From Squalus acanthias (Eukaryota), in NCBI GenBank assembly GCA_030390025.1, contig CM059432.1, positions 82,958,001-83,022,000 of the forward strand: a stretch of DNA of 64,000 nucleotides, read 5' to 3'. This document shows, piece after piece, positions 35,842 to 48,497 of this stretch. The notes beneath the pieces are model-generated. The model worked only from the letters and a program-made list of their open reading frames with translations, did not search any database and was not told the DNA's origin. How positions within the stretch are numbered: position 1 is the first letter of the stretch; every line of letters begins with the position of its first letter. The position numbers were made by a program, and so were the translations under genes.

Positions 35842-37954
35842 TTCTGAATACCCCTATTAGGTCTCCCCTTAACCTTCCCTGCTCCAAGGAGAACAATCTC
35901 AGCTGCTCCAATCTCTCCACATTAACTGAAGTACCTCATCCCTGGTATCACCCTGCTAAACCTCCTCTGGAACCCCTCCAAAGCCTTGACATCCTCCCTA
36001 AAGTGTGGTGCCCAGAATTGTACACAATATTCCAGCGGAGACCTAACCAGAGATTTGTAAATGTTTAGCATGACTTCCTTGTTTTCGTATTCAATACCAC
36101 TACTCACAAAGCCAAGTATCCCATATGCTTTCTTAACTGCCTCATCAACTTGCCCCGCCATCCTCACGTTGCCAAGTTTTGTATCACCCGCAGACGGCAA
36201 AATTGTACTCGCTATACCCAAGTCCATGTCATTGATATACAACAAGAAAAACAATGGTCCTAATACTGACCCCTGGGGGACCCCACTGCATACTTCTCTC
36301 CAAGTCAGTAAAACATCCGCTTACCACTATTCTCTGCTTTCTGTCCAGTCGCCAATTATGTACCAAAGTTACCACCATCCCTTTAATCCCATGTGCTGTT
36401 ATTTTCCGACTAAGGCTGTTCCGTGGTACTTTATCAAATGCCTTTTGAAAGTCCATATATACATCTACTGCACTATCTTCATCAACCCTCTGTCACTTCA
36501 TCAAAAACTCAATCAGGTTAGTCAGACCCAATTTGTCCTAAGCAAATCCATGCTGGCTGTCCCCTATTAACCCATGCCCTCTGCCTTTTTTGTCCCTAAT
36601 TGGCACCACCAGTCCTTTAACTATCCTTTTACTTTTTATATGTTTATAAAAGATTTTTGGGTTCCCTTTTATGTTACCCACTAATATTTAGTCATACTCT
36701 TTTTCCTTCTTGTATCCTTTTTCAATTTCCCCCTGCACTCTTTGCATTCTGCCACCTATGTCAAACTATCTCTTCTTTGAAGGCCTGCCATTGCTCATTT
36801 ACTGTTTTCCTGGCTAATCTTTGTCTCCAGTCCACCTGTGCTAGATCCCTTCTCAAATCACTGAAATTGGTTCTCTGCCACTTGGGTATTTTCACCTTTG
36901 ATTTTTCTTTGTCCCTTTTTTACATAACTACTTTAAACCTAATTATATTATGATCACTATTACCCAGATGTTCTTCCACTGAAACACACCCCAGTTGTCC
37001 TACTTCATTCCCAAGAACGAGATCCAGCATTGCTTCATTAATCAGTGATTAAGAAAGTTCCCCTGTACTCATTTTAGGAATTTATCACTCTTCTTGCCCT
37101 TTACTCATTTCCCCCTTCCCCAATCTATATTATGATAATTAAAGTCCCCTACTATTACTGCTCTATTATTCTTACATTTCTCTGAAATTTGTCTGCAGAT
37201 TTGCTCCATCGCCTTCACGCTATTTGAGGGTCTATTTTAAACACCAAGCAACAGAACAGTTCCTTTTCTGTTCCTTAACTCTAACCAAATAGATTCAGTC
37301 TTTGAATCCCCTAATATCGTATCCCTCTGTAGAACTGTAATATAATCTTTGATTAATACCGCCACCGCCACCACTCCCACCCAGTGTCTTTATTCCTTCC
37401 CTGTCCCTCCTGAATACATTGTAGCCAAGAATGTTTAGTTCCCATTCCTGCCCATATTTAAGCCAGGTCTCCGTTATAGCCACTATATCATAACCCCATC
37501 TGGCAACTTGTGCTTGCAGCTCATCAACATTATTTCTAACGCTCATGCATTACAACACTTCTTTCCTCCATCTAATTCCTGCTCTTTCTACACTATTCTT
37601 TATTCTGTTACTGTTTATCCCTCCTAGTTTTCTATGCACCTCATCTCCCCTCTCTGCTGCTGCGCCCTGGTGCACCTCCCCCCGCCAAATTATTTTAAAC
37701 CTTCCGCTCTAGTTAACTTCCCCGCGAGTACACTGGTCCTAGCCCTGTTCAGGTGCAACCCACCCAGCTTATAAAGGCCCCTTCTGCCCCGGAACTGGTC
37801 CCAATGCCCCAGGAATCTGAAACCCTTCCTCGGGCACCACTTCTCCAGCCCCGCAGTCACCTGCATTATCTTCCTGTTCCTATAGTCACCAGCACATGGC
37901 ACTAGGAGTAATCCAGAGATTATCAACTTTGAGGTCCTGTTCTTTCATATTTTT
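35842..37954 (-). mobile_element. Older CR1 LINE (ORF1 end + deleted ORF2), host element
   Basis: ORFs 37690-37926 (GFRFLGHWDQF...GLHLNR, esterase end), 37295-37546 (YDIVAITETWL), 36229-36456 (DFQKAFDKVP), 35922-36254 (LEYCVQFWAPH). Confidence 0.85.
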
Positions 37955-40900
37955 CATAGAATCATAGAAATTTACAGCACAGAAGGAGGCCATTTAGCCC
38001 ATCGTGTCTGCTGAAAAAGAGCTATCCAGCATAATCCCACTTTCCAGCTCTTGGTCCATAGCCCTGTAGGTTACGGCACTTCAAGTGCCTATCCAAGTAC
38101 TTTTTAAATGTGATGAGGGTTTCTGCCTCTACCACCCTTTCAGGCAGTGAGTTCCAGACCCTCACCACGGTCTGGGTGAAAAGAGTTCTCAACTCCTTCT
38201 ACCAATTACTTCAAACCTATGTCCACTAGTTATTGACCTCTCTGCTGAGGGAAATAGATCCTTCCTATCCACTCTATCTAGGTCCCTCATATCTAGGTCT
38301 CCCCTCAGCCTCCTCTGTTCCAAAGAAAACAACCCCAGCCTATCCAATCTTTCCTCCTAGCTAAAATTCTCCAGTCCTGGTAACATCCTCGTAAATCTGC
38401 TCTGTACCCTATCTAATGCAATCACATCTTTCCTGTAATGTGGCCCAAACTGTACGCAGTATTCTAGCTGTGGCCTAACTAGTGTTTTATACAGTTCGAG
38501 CATAAACTCCCTGCTCTATGCCTCGGCTAATAAAGGAAAGTATCCCGTATGCCTTCTTAACCACCTATCTACCTGTCCTGCTATCTTCAGGGATCTGTGG
38601 ATATGCACTCCAAGGTCCCTCTGTTCCTCAACACTTCAGTATCCTTCCATTTATTGTGTATTCCCTTGCCTTGTTAGCCCTCCCCAAATGCATTACCTCA
38701 CACTTCTCCGGATTGAATTCCATTTGCCACTTTTCTGCCCACCTGACCAGTCCATTGATATCTTCCTGCAGTCTACAGCTTTCTTCCTCACAATCAACCA
38801 CACGGCCAATTTTTGTATCATCTGCAAAATTCTTAATCATGCCACCTACATGGAAGTCTAAATCATTGATATATACACCAAAGAAAGCAAGGAACCCAGT
38901 ACTGAGCCCTGCGGAACCCTACTGGAAACAGCCTTCCAGTCACAAAAATACCCGCCGACCATTAGCCTTTGCTTCCTGCCACTGAGCCAATTTTGGATCC
39001 AACTTGCCACTTTTCCTTGGAACCCATGGGCTTTTACTTTTCTGACCAGTCTGCCATGTGGGACCTTGTCAAAGCCTTGCTAAAATCCATGTAGACTACA
39101 TCAAACACACTACCTTCAATCGACCCTCCTCGTTACCTCCTCAAAAAAACTCAATCCAGTTAGTCAGACACGACCTTCCCTTAAGAATACCATGCTGACT
39201 ATCCCTGATTAATCCGTGCCTTTCTAAATGCCGATTAATACTGCCCCTCAGAATTTTTTCCAATAATTTTCCCACCACGGAGGTTAGGCTGACTGGCCTG
39301 TAATTACTCGGTCTATCCCTTTCTCCCTTTTTAAACAATGGCACAATGTTAGCAGTCCTCCAACACCACGCCTGTAGCCAGAGAGGATTGGAAAATGATG
39401 GTCAGAGCCTCTGCTATTTCCTCCCTTGCTTCTCTTAATAGCCTGGGATACATTTCATCCGGGCCTGGTGATTTATCTACTTTCAAAGATGCTAAACCCC
39501 TTAATATTTCCTCTCTCACTATGTTTATCTCATCTAATAGTTCACACTCCTCCTCCTCAACTACAATGTTTGCATCGTCCCTCTCTTTTATGAAGACAGA
39601 GGCAAAGTATTCATTAAGAACCATATCCACGTCTTCTGCCCCAACACACAGGTTACCATTTTGGTCTCTAATAGGCCCTACTCTTTCTTTAGTTACCCTC
39701 TTGCTCTTTATCTATTTATACAACTTCTTTGGGTTCTCCTTGATTTTACTTTGCTTTTCTAATTACCTTTTTAATTTCACCCCTGCACTTTCTATACTCC
39801 TCTAGGCTTTCTGCAGTATTTAGCTCCCAGTATTTGGCATAAGCTTCCCTTTTTTGCCTTATCTTACCCTCTATGCCCCTTGACATCCAGGGTCTCTAGA
39901 TTTGGGAGTCCCACCCTTTTTCTTTGTGGGAACATATTTGCTCTGAACCTTCACGATCTCCTCCTTGAATGTCTCCCACTGTTCTGACACTGATTTACCT
40001 TCAAGTAGCTGTTTCCAGTCTCAGCTTTCCCAAATAACAGCTTTTACTCCTGGTCTATCTTTGTCCTTTTCCATAACTACGCTAAATCTAACTGAATTAT
40101 GATCACTACCACCGAAATGCTCTCCCACTGATACCCCTTCCACCTGCCCAGCTTCATTCCCTAAAACTAAGTCCCCCTCTCTTGTTGGGCTTGCTACGTA
40201 CTGGCTAAAAACGTTCTTCTGAATGCATTTTAAGAATTCTGCACCCTCTATACCTTTTACACTGCTTTTATCCCAGTTAATGTTAGGGTAGTTGAAATCC
40301 CCTACTATTACTGCCCTATTGTTTTTGCACTTCAGAAATTTGCCTACATATTTGCTCTCTATCTCCTTCTGACTATTTGGGGGTCTATAGTACACTCCCA
40401 GCAGTGTGATTGACCCTTGTTTGTTCTTCAATTCAACCCATACGGCCTCATCTGATGATCCTTCTAACATATCATCCCTCCTCACAGCTGTAATTGTTTC
40501 TTTAACCAATATTGCGATCTCCCTCCTTTTTTATCCCTCTCTCATCTGAAAACCCTGTAACCAGGAATGTTGAGCTGCCCTTCTTTCAGCCATGTTTCAG
40601 TAATAGCTATGATATTATACTTCCACATGTCTGTCTATACCCTCAGCTCATCTGCCTTATTCACTAGATTCCTTGCATTGAATTATATACCATTAAGCAC
40701 TGCCAAACCCCTTTGTTGTCTATTTTCTAGCCTTTGTTTCCTTTGCCTGCCAAACTCACAAATTTTCTGCCTTCCATTTCTAGCTTAGCTTCTCTCCCTT
40801 CTGAATGTACGTTCAGGTTTCCCATCCCCCGGCCAAGCTAGTTTAGCCCCTCCCTGACCCCCCCCCCCCCCCCCCCCACCCCTCCAGGTACAGCTGAGCC

Positions 40901-41589
40901 ACCCATGGTGCTGTGGCCTTGGCTCTGCTGTACTCCCCAGAGGAACCATCGCCCTCACCAGTATTCAGAACTGAATACCAGTTACAGAGATGCACTCAGG
41001 GAACTCCTGCACTACCTGCCTGGTCCTCCTCGTCTGTCTGGCTGTCACCCATTCCCTCTCTGCCTGCAAAGTCTTAAGCTGCGGGGTGACCACCTGCTCA
41101 AACGTTCAATCCACGTAACTCTCAGCCTCGTGGATTAACTGCAGTGACGCCAGCCACTGCTCAAGCTCCAAAACTCGGAGCTTAAGCTCCGCCAGCTGAG
41201 GACACTTCCTGCACGTGTGGTTGTCCCAGACACAAGGAGCATCCTGGACTTCCCACATGGCACAGGATGTGCATTTCAACGGGACTGAGGTGCCCTGCCA
41301 TGCCTCTATTTATTAGACTGCTAACTAAACTTTTTAGTTTAACCCACTGCCCTAACTTAGAGAAAAAGGACAATTATTTACTCAAGTTTAACAAGCACCA
41401 CTGAGATACTAAACGCAAAGAACCTAAATGTTAGATATCCAGATACTTAACCTAGAGTCCTCGGGTTCTGTGGCTCCACTCCTCCTTTCGAGTTGGATGT
41501 GAGAAACCGCCTTCCTCCTCTCCATCGAATTACTACCATCACCAAATTCTTCCACTCTGCTTACAATCCACCCAGCTCTATGCTCAAAC
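37955..41589 (-). mobile_element. CR1 LINE with 5'UTR, partial ORF1 and frameshifted ORF2, nested in the older CR1
   Basis: 3' tail catagaatcatagaa; RT pieces 38628-39630; APE 40021-40509; ORF1 start MAGHLSPVE near 41300. The 5' region matches 61840-62560 in inverted orientation. Confidence 0.88.
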
Positions 41590-41975
41590 TCCTAGTTCCT
41601 GAAACTCTGCCTGTAGGACCTCAACCTTTTTTCTACCTAGGTCATTGGTTCCAACGTGGGACCACAACTTCTGGCTGTTCCCCTTCCCCTCGCAGAATGC
41701 CCTGCACCCGTTTAGCGATATTTTTTACCCTGGCACCAGGGAGGTAACATCATTTGGGGCTCATGTCTGCGGTTGCAGAAATGCCTGTCTATCGAATCTC
41801 TTATAACAATTGCATTTGTACACTTTTTTGTGCCCTGTGCAGCAGAGTCTCCCATGGTGCCATGGATTTGCTTTTGACTGCACTCCTTAGGAGGTGTCAT
41901 TACCCTCACTGGTATTTAACACTGAATACTGGTTTGAGTGTGCCACACTCCCAGGGGATTCCTGCACTGCCTGAT
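41590..41975 (-). mobile_element. Continuation (ORF1 SGNH esterase part) of the host CR1
   Basis: ORF 41712-41909 AIVIRDSI; gaacagccagaagttgtggtccc (EQPEVVV); joins 37954 in ORF1 order. Confidence 0.7.
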
Positions 41976-42274
41976 CCTCCTAGTGTGCTTGAAATGAGCA
42001 GACTCAGAATGCGGGCAGGGAAAGACCAAAAAAAATATCAAAAATGATCAGGTCATCTGAAGGGACCAAAGGGAATCTCCCATATTCCACAATAAAAGCA
42101 AGTGTCGTGGCTCTATGAATTTTCCCAACCAAGTCACCATAGCAACTGGGTTCCATTCAAATTAGGAGGCGAGGAAAGGTGGATACAAGACTAACTTATC
42201 CATACCCCTAACCTCCATCCCTGCGGTTTGTGTTTCCAAAAAACATCTTCAATACAGGCTGTGTGGAAGGAAAG

Positions 42275-42770
42275 ATAGAAGAGCTTGCATTTATGCAGCT
42301 TCTTTTATTCTCAGGATGACCCAAAGTGCTTCACAGTCAATGAATTACTTTTGAAGTGTGGTTAATGTTTTTGTAGGCAAATGTGGCAAACAATTTTACA
42401 TAGATTTACAGCAGGCCAATGGGCCCATCCAATTTATGTTGTATATCCCCCACACAAACAGTAGTCCTAATCCCATGTGCCTGCCCTATTCCAATATTCC
42501 TTTATTCTCCTTTCCTTCAACCACCCATCGAACTTATTCTTAAATGTAAACACTGTCTCTGTTTCAATCTGGTAGTGCATTCCACAGCCTCACAATCAAT
42601 CCTCTGTAAAAAAAAACATTCCCCTGCTCTCCAGCAAAGTCCTATAAACAGCAATAATGTTGACGAGTTAATCGGTTTTGTTGATGCTGGCCAGCATTCT
42701 CTGCTCTTCAAAAAATTGCCTTGGGATCTATTATGTCTACTTGAACAGGTGAAGAGGACTCAGTTTAGTG
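42275..42770 (-). mobile_element. Degenerate Deu-SINE interrupted by a decayed CR1-like tail
   Basis: cttgcatttat...cccaaagtgcttcacagtcaatgaattacttttgaagtg, then cagcaaagtcctataaacagcaat...tgggatct. Confidence 0.5.
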
Positions 42771-45700
42771 TGCATTGGTAACATTCAAGTAAACCACTAA
42801 AGAAAAGTACTTACATTTTCTACGCATCACCTAAGTTAATCACCACATATATACCATCTCCTACAGTTAAGGGAGAAATAATTCCCATTGACAGCATCTC
42901 TGTTGGCATTAATGTTATTTCCCTGATCCTCTTGAGCTTGCAAAACAAACTGATTTATCCTCTGGACATCTCTACATAGTCAATTCTGACCTTTCAGCAG
43001 CCCATCAGAAGGCCCCAATAGATCCCCATCTGAGCAAGAGATAAGCTCCCTGTAACAAACTAGGATCTTTGTGAACAAGTTTCATTTATGAGATTCAGAG
43101 AACTGTGATCCACTAAACTGAATACATGCAGATCCATAGGTGGGAGCACAATTATTTCACTTTGCTTGCAGCAAGTCAACTGCATCAAACTGTAGATTTA
43201 TTCTTAGGCTGAGCAACAAAAGAGTTAATAGTAAATAGAAATAGGGTAGCAAACAAAGCACAACCAGATTTTCCTAACTTTCCTCCACTACACTGTTACT
43301 TTTGCCTCCCCTCTCTTCTCCTGAGCCCAACCACTCAAATGAAAATAAAGTTCCACAGGGAGATGGAGGAAAGGGGTCAGCCAGGATACTGGGCAGTGAC
43401 CTCTGCTGCAGAATGTGTATCTAGGTGCCACGGTGAAGATAGCTCAACTATGATGAGCCCCACAGTTGACAATCTGTTGACGCACACTGTCCAGGCACAC
43501 ACAGAAACTAAGAAGAATTTCAACTGTGGACCATCATACTTGAACCCTACCCTATCCTTACTTCAGCACCTAACACACTTTTCCAGCAAAAGTCGCTGCC
43601 CAGTGATCAGGAGCAGGAATTCTTGCTGATTTCTTTTTACCCTTTCCCAGCACAGGAACCGTGAGGCCAACTGTACCATCAACCCTGGCTAAGATACACC
43701 AACTCAGAATCTACTATGGAATAAGTCTGTCCTGTCTGGATGACTCAATGAGACACTGATGCGTACTACTATAAGTACTATACTCTTTATTAATCATAAA
43801 ATGAACGTGCTTATTACAATACTCATGACATGAGCATGAAAAAATAAAAACAAGTCACCTGGAAGGTTTTAAAGAAAACACTAACTTTACTGGTGTCAAT
43901 GCTTCTTTAAAGGGAACTAAGTTTTAATAAGCGAGGACGAAAATAAACAATCTAAATGAATTCAGCCTAAGTAGATGAACACTGCCAGGATGAAACAGCT
44001 AAATAGTGTTCTAGATTTACTTCACAACCCAAAAGTTGTTTAGATTTTTCTCGAGTACGGTGAGCTGCTCTCAACAGAATTCTTCAGCGTCAACTTCTTG
44101 CTAAATGGTTTTACTTTTAGAGATGAAATGATTTAGTTTCTCTTCATAGATGAATATATTAACAGGCCTCCATTTCGGTAGATCCTGTGAATTTCTCAAA
44201 CACTGCATACAGTGTTGGTCAATGTTAATATTGATCATGCAGTGTTATGCAGTTCTTTTGAAAACTATTACAACCTGCTTTTGCTTGCCAATACAAATCA
44301 AGTGATTACAGAAGGAGATTCAAGTATCAAACTCAGATACATAAATTGTGTGACTTATGACCCTAAAACTATTGTGCAAATTTTTGGTGCAACATCAGAT
44401 TTTACAGCAATCTGAAAACAAAATCCTCTATAGCAGTGTTGTCCGATACACGTGGAACGTTGTATGCATGTGTACGTCAATGTTTTTGTGGGTTTGTTGG
44501 TAAAATAGGAAGACGAAAAGCATAATGTGCAAGTGTTTTTTGATCGTTGTGAATGTTTACCACTTTAAGTGAGAGTCTCATGATGAAATCAATTCAGACA
44601 TTTGCCAGCAGCTGTTTCCAAAACTTCCAATGCATTTTCCACACAAAGGCTGCTGCATCCCTTCCTTTCGTACTAACTTATGTTTAAAAAGCACAATGTC
44701 CAACCTGCATATCCAGCTTTTAAAAACCATATAAAACTACTTTATCCCAATAACTGCAACCAGTATTAACAGGACAGCCTATTACATCCACACATGCATT
44801 CAAATATTTAGTCCTCATTATGGCACCATCGCCTTCACAAAAAAAGCGTCACCAATAGTGCACAGGGGAAGAGGAAGAAATCACAATTAAAAGCCTGATT
44901 CACACTTTGGGCTCTGAGTTCTCCAAGTACAAAGTACAAAGTTCAGATTTCAATTTCTTCAACATTCTGTGGTGCAGCTTCTGGATTTTGAACCTCCCCA
45001 GTGCCCTGAGGTTTCAATCGCCTCAACTGTCAATTCACATCACAGATTCGGAAAAGGCACAGGACTGAAAAACATTCCAAGATATAAAATTCAAATGAAT
45101 TTCTTTGCAACTACTTCAGAGTTCACCCAAAGAGCAAAAAATACCAGGAGTTGAGAGACCTACTCTCATTCAGTTGAGCAATTTCCTAAAATTTGCAAAC
45201 AACATTCTGTATCCATTATTTTCCAAAGAGGGGTAGAAGGCAAACACTACATTTCCCGTGATTACTAGAAATATAATAAATAAGCAAATCTGGTTGTCCA
45301 AAAAAAAGCCCAGTTATGCATATAGAAGCAGCAAAAAAATCTCAGTTTGCATACAATTTTGTACAATTCAACAATTCAGCAGTTGTACATTTTTTTTTAA
45401 ATGACATAATTTGACATTTAAACTTCCTTTTTTACAAAGAATTGCAACACTATTACTGACGAATGAGATTCGCAATATTCTATTTGGAAAATCTATTTCA
45501 AATGTAGTTGGAAAGCTTCCAATTAAGCTGGAAAAGTTTCCTTTTACTATCTATTGTATGATGTTATTCAGATTGGACCAGATGAAGTTTACTCAGAAGC
45601 AATCTTTTTGGCTCAAGTGTCATCATGATAAATTACAAGCAACACTTGGCTCTAACAGGTTAAGTTTCAACTTATTTTGAAGAGGGGAATGGGACATGGT

Positions 45701-46097
45701 GAATTTTGTACTCATGGGACCTACAGACAGCATCAGGCACTCCGAGGTCAGGTTTAGAAGCGAAGAGCAGAAGATAGCTCTCTGTGCACTGCTGCAACAA
45801 TGTGCTTGATCGCCAATCTCAAAATGTCCTCTGTATCACAACTATTTTTTCCATCTCCTATGGTGGCCATCCTTCTGGCTCAAGCAACATTGTCAACTTG
45901 ACACCACTTAGCACCAGTGAATTGTAGACAGTTCAACACTGTGGACTCATGTCTATTCAGACCATTAGAGCCTAGAGAGAGGAGACTTTCATTCCTTCAT
46001 TTTGAGATGGAATAAAACCCAAGTCACAGATAACAAAATATTATCCTACCACCCCCTCAATAAATGACATAAAAAAATAGCTGACATAATCAGTACA

Positions 46098-46156
46098 TGA
46101 TGCGGAGATGCCGGTGTTGGACTGGGGTGGACAACCTGGTGTTGTGCGACCTCTCA
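46098..46156. mobile_element. 59-bp PLE family 1 micro-insertion with internal inversion
   Basis: Perfect 12-bp TSD ataatcagtaca (46086-46097, 46157-46168). The insert is the last ~37 nt of the pLTR on minus joined to the preceding ~24 nt on plus. Confidence 0.85.
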
Positions 46157-46631
46157 ATAATCAGTACAGCCAGACATAACAGGTAGATACCAACAGCACA
46201 GGAAGAGTGTGTGTTCAGGTGTACCAACAGGCAAGTTATAGATCTGGCATGGCTTATGTGTACTCAAGCAACACTGGTTCAGCAAGTCATGATCAAGTCT
46301 GCATTAGGTCAGAGTTCGAGACAACACTGTCTGTCACAGAATTCCATGGGCAGCAGAGTCACCAGTGGTATTTTGCACAAATTTCTTAGTGATACTGAAG
46401 CTCAATTTCCTGAAATAAACACAAAGGTTTAGATTAAACATAGCAATTTTTTGTAGCGCTGCTATAGTTAAAACCATGTTACCTGGCTACATCTCTTCAG
46501 TGTTGGAAAGTGGGAAATACTGGCACAGTTTAGTCTAATTTTATCCACTAGTTTGTATGATTTTCAACTGCACTGACCCAAGAACAAGGGATAAGGTTTC
46601 TCTGCAGCTTTCCAGCAGGGCTACAATATTC

Positions 46632-46763
46632 TGATAAACAGTCATCGACCTGAAACGTTAACTCTGTTTCTCTCTCCACAGATGCTGCCTGACCTGCTGA
46701 GTATTTCCAGCATGTTCTGCTTTTATTTCAGATTTCCAACGTCCACAGTATTTTGCTTTTGTT
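46632..46763 (+). mobile_element. PLE family 2 short insertion with degenerate hammerhead motif
   Basis: CTGATAA..GTC-ATC-GACCT-GAAA-CG-TT-AACT; TSD caatattc (46624-46631, 46764-46771). Confidence 0.7.
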
Positions 46764-46939
46764 CAATATTCCATTAACCGACAGATATTGACTTTATAGA
46801 ACATCAATGTGATGATTGAAAAGTAAGACTGCTGTACTGGTGCCAATTGTTGGAAAAATGTGGCTACTTCCTCTCGGCTTAAGCGTCTTCCAGCAGCCTT
46901 CAATTCTCTTCCCTCACCTTCCCCCCCTCCCCAACTGGT

Positions 46940-47190
46940 CTCCATCTCATCAGCATCTTACCTTGATCTCTCCTTCTCCCCTCCAACCTCTAACCCGGCT
47001 CTACCTTCCTCAAACCCCCCCTCCCACCTGGCCTCTAACCCTGATCTACCTTAATCCTCCCCATCCAGTGTCTATCCCTCTTGTATCTTCCTCTCCTCAG
47101 TCTCTAACACTTCTTTATCTTCCCTCACTCTCGGCCTCTAACCCTGCTCTACCTTCTCCCTTCCCATCTCTAAACCTACATTAATTCCAC
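46940..47190 (+). repeat. Degenerate pyrimidine-rich minisatellite
   Basis: Recurring cctctaaccc(t/g)g.tctacctt units at about 46987, 47032, 47101, 47135 and 47168. Confidence 0.5.
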
Positions 47191-47930
47191 CCCCCGCCCC
47201 CCCAAACTCGCTTTTCCTGCCTTCCAGCATCACAGTTCTAAAATTGACTTGGGTCCAGTTATGCCCTGCAATCTAACACCACTTACTTGAAGACTCCACC
47301 TGTTCTGGACTCCCCTTGTGCAATGCCACAAGAGACTGACTATTAATATATTAAAAATCTTACATCTACATGCACTTCCTGTCAACTGTTTACATTTTAA
47401 ATGAATATGTCCACATTTCTAATGGAAGATGTCTGGGTAAACTGGACATGCTGTGCCTACACCCTGGTGGTACTGCAGCACCTCAGTTTTGCATCACCCA
47501 AATCCTCCGCTTATGCAGCAGAAAAACTACGATGCTCCAACCAACTATTTCTCTTCTTCCCAAATTGCTGCAAATTTTGCTGTTTAACTATAAATAATGC
47601 AAAATCTCTAAGTATTATATAAAAAATAAGAGCAGAATGTATAACTGGCAACTGAATTATGTTGGCGTACCTTGGCCCAATGATCCCCACCCTCTAATCC
47701 TAATTCACCTGAAGAATGCACTTGATCAACTAGTATTTTCCAGAAAAGGTGATAAAACAAACCTCAGAGTACAGACCCTACTAGTCTTACATCAATAACT
47801 GACAATAAAATTGGTAACTAGGAATAAACTTGAGGATTACCGATCTTTTGGGTTTTGCAGGTGATAGAAAGTCAGTAGGGGGAAAAAATCATACCCTAAA
47901 ACAATGTAAATTCAGAGAAAAATCCATCAT

Positions 47931-48497
47931 AGAAAAACGTCCCAAGTCATTTCATAGAGGCGTAATTGGGCAAAATGGACGCGGGCCAAAGTATTAGGAT
48001 AGCTGTAAAAGCTTGGTCAAAAAGATGGATTTTAAGGAGGACCTTCAAGGAGGAGAGGCAGGTGGAGGGGTTTAGGGAGTGAATTTCAGAGCATGGTAGC
48101 TAAGTGGCTGAAGGCACAGCTACCAATGGTGGAGTGAAGGGAGGGAGGGATGCACAAGAGACCAGAATTGAAAGAATGGAGAGTTTGAGGGTGGGGGTAG
48201 GAGGAGAGGCAGTGGGGTTGGTTGTAGGTTACAGAGATGGGGTGGGTAGAGGCCATGAAGGGATTTAAACATGAGGGTAAGAATTTTAAATTGGAGCACC
48301 ATGGCTTTATTCATCCATGGAGTCTCATTAGTGTTGAGTTTGTTATTTCCTTTTAGCGGAATATATTGTTCCTGCATTCTGTTGAATGGAAAATTATATT
48401 TGGGTTACGGGTTACATGAAGGTAGGTGGGGAGGGGATTGGGCTTGGAGGCCACATTTTTGTCCTGTTAGTGGAGGGTTCAGGGAGGGATTGGGTTC
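47931..48497 (-). repeat. Left arm of a local inverted duplication
   Basis: 47931-48300 is the reverse complement of about 52545-52907, and 48301-48497 of about 50957-51145. Confidence 0.85.

Noticed and set aside
44426..46330. Possible hAT TIR pair cagtgttgtc / gacaacactg
   Set aside because: Flanks do not form an 8-bp TSD; a 10-bp match can arise by chance.
46940..47190. Telomere-like or CRISPR-like array (ctaaccc units)
   Set aside because: Units are irregular and degenerate in a low-complexity pyrimidine tract; no constant repeat-spacer structure and no cas genes in this vertebrate intron.
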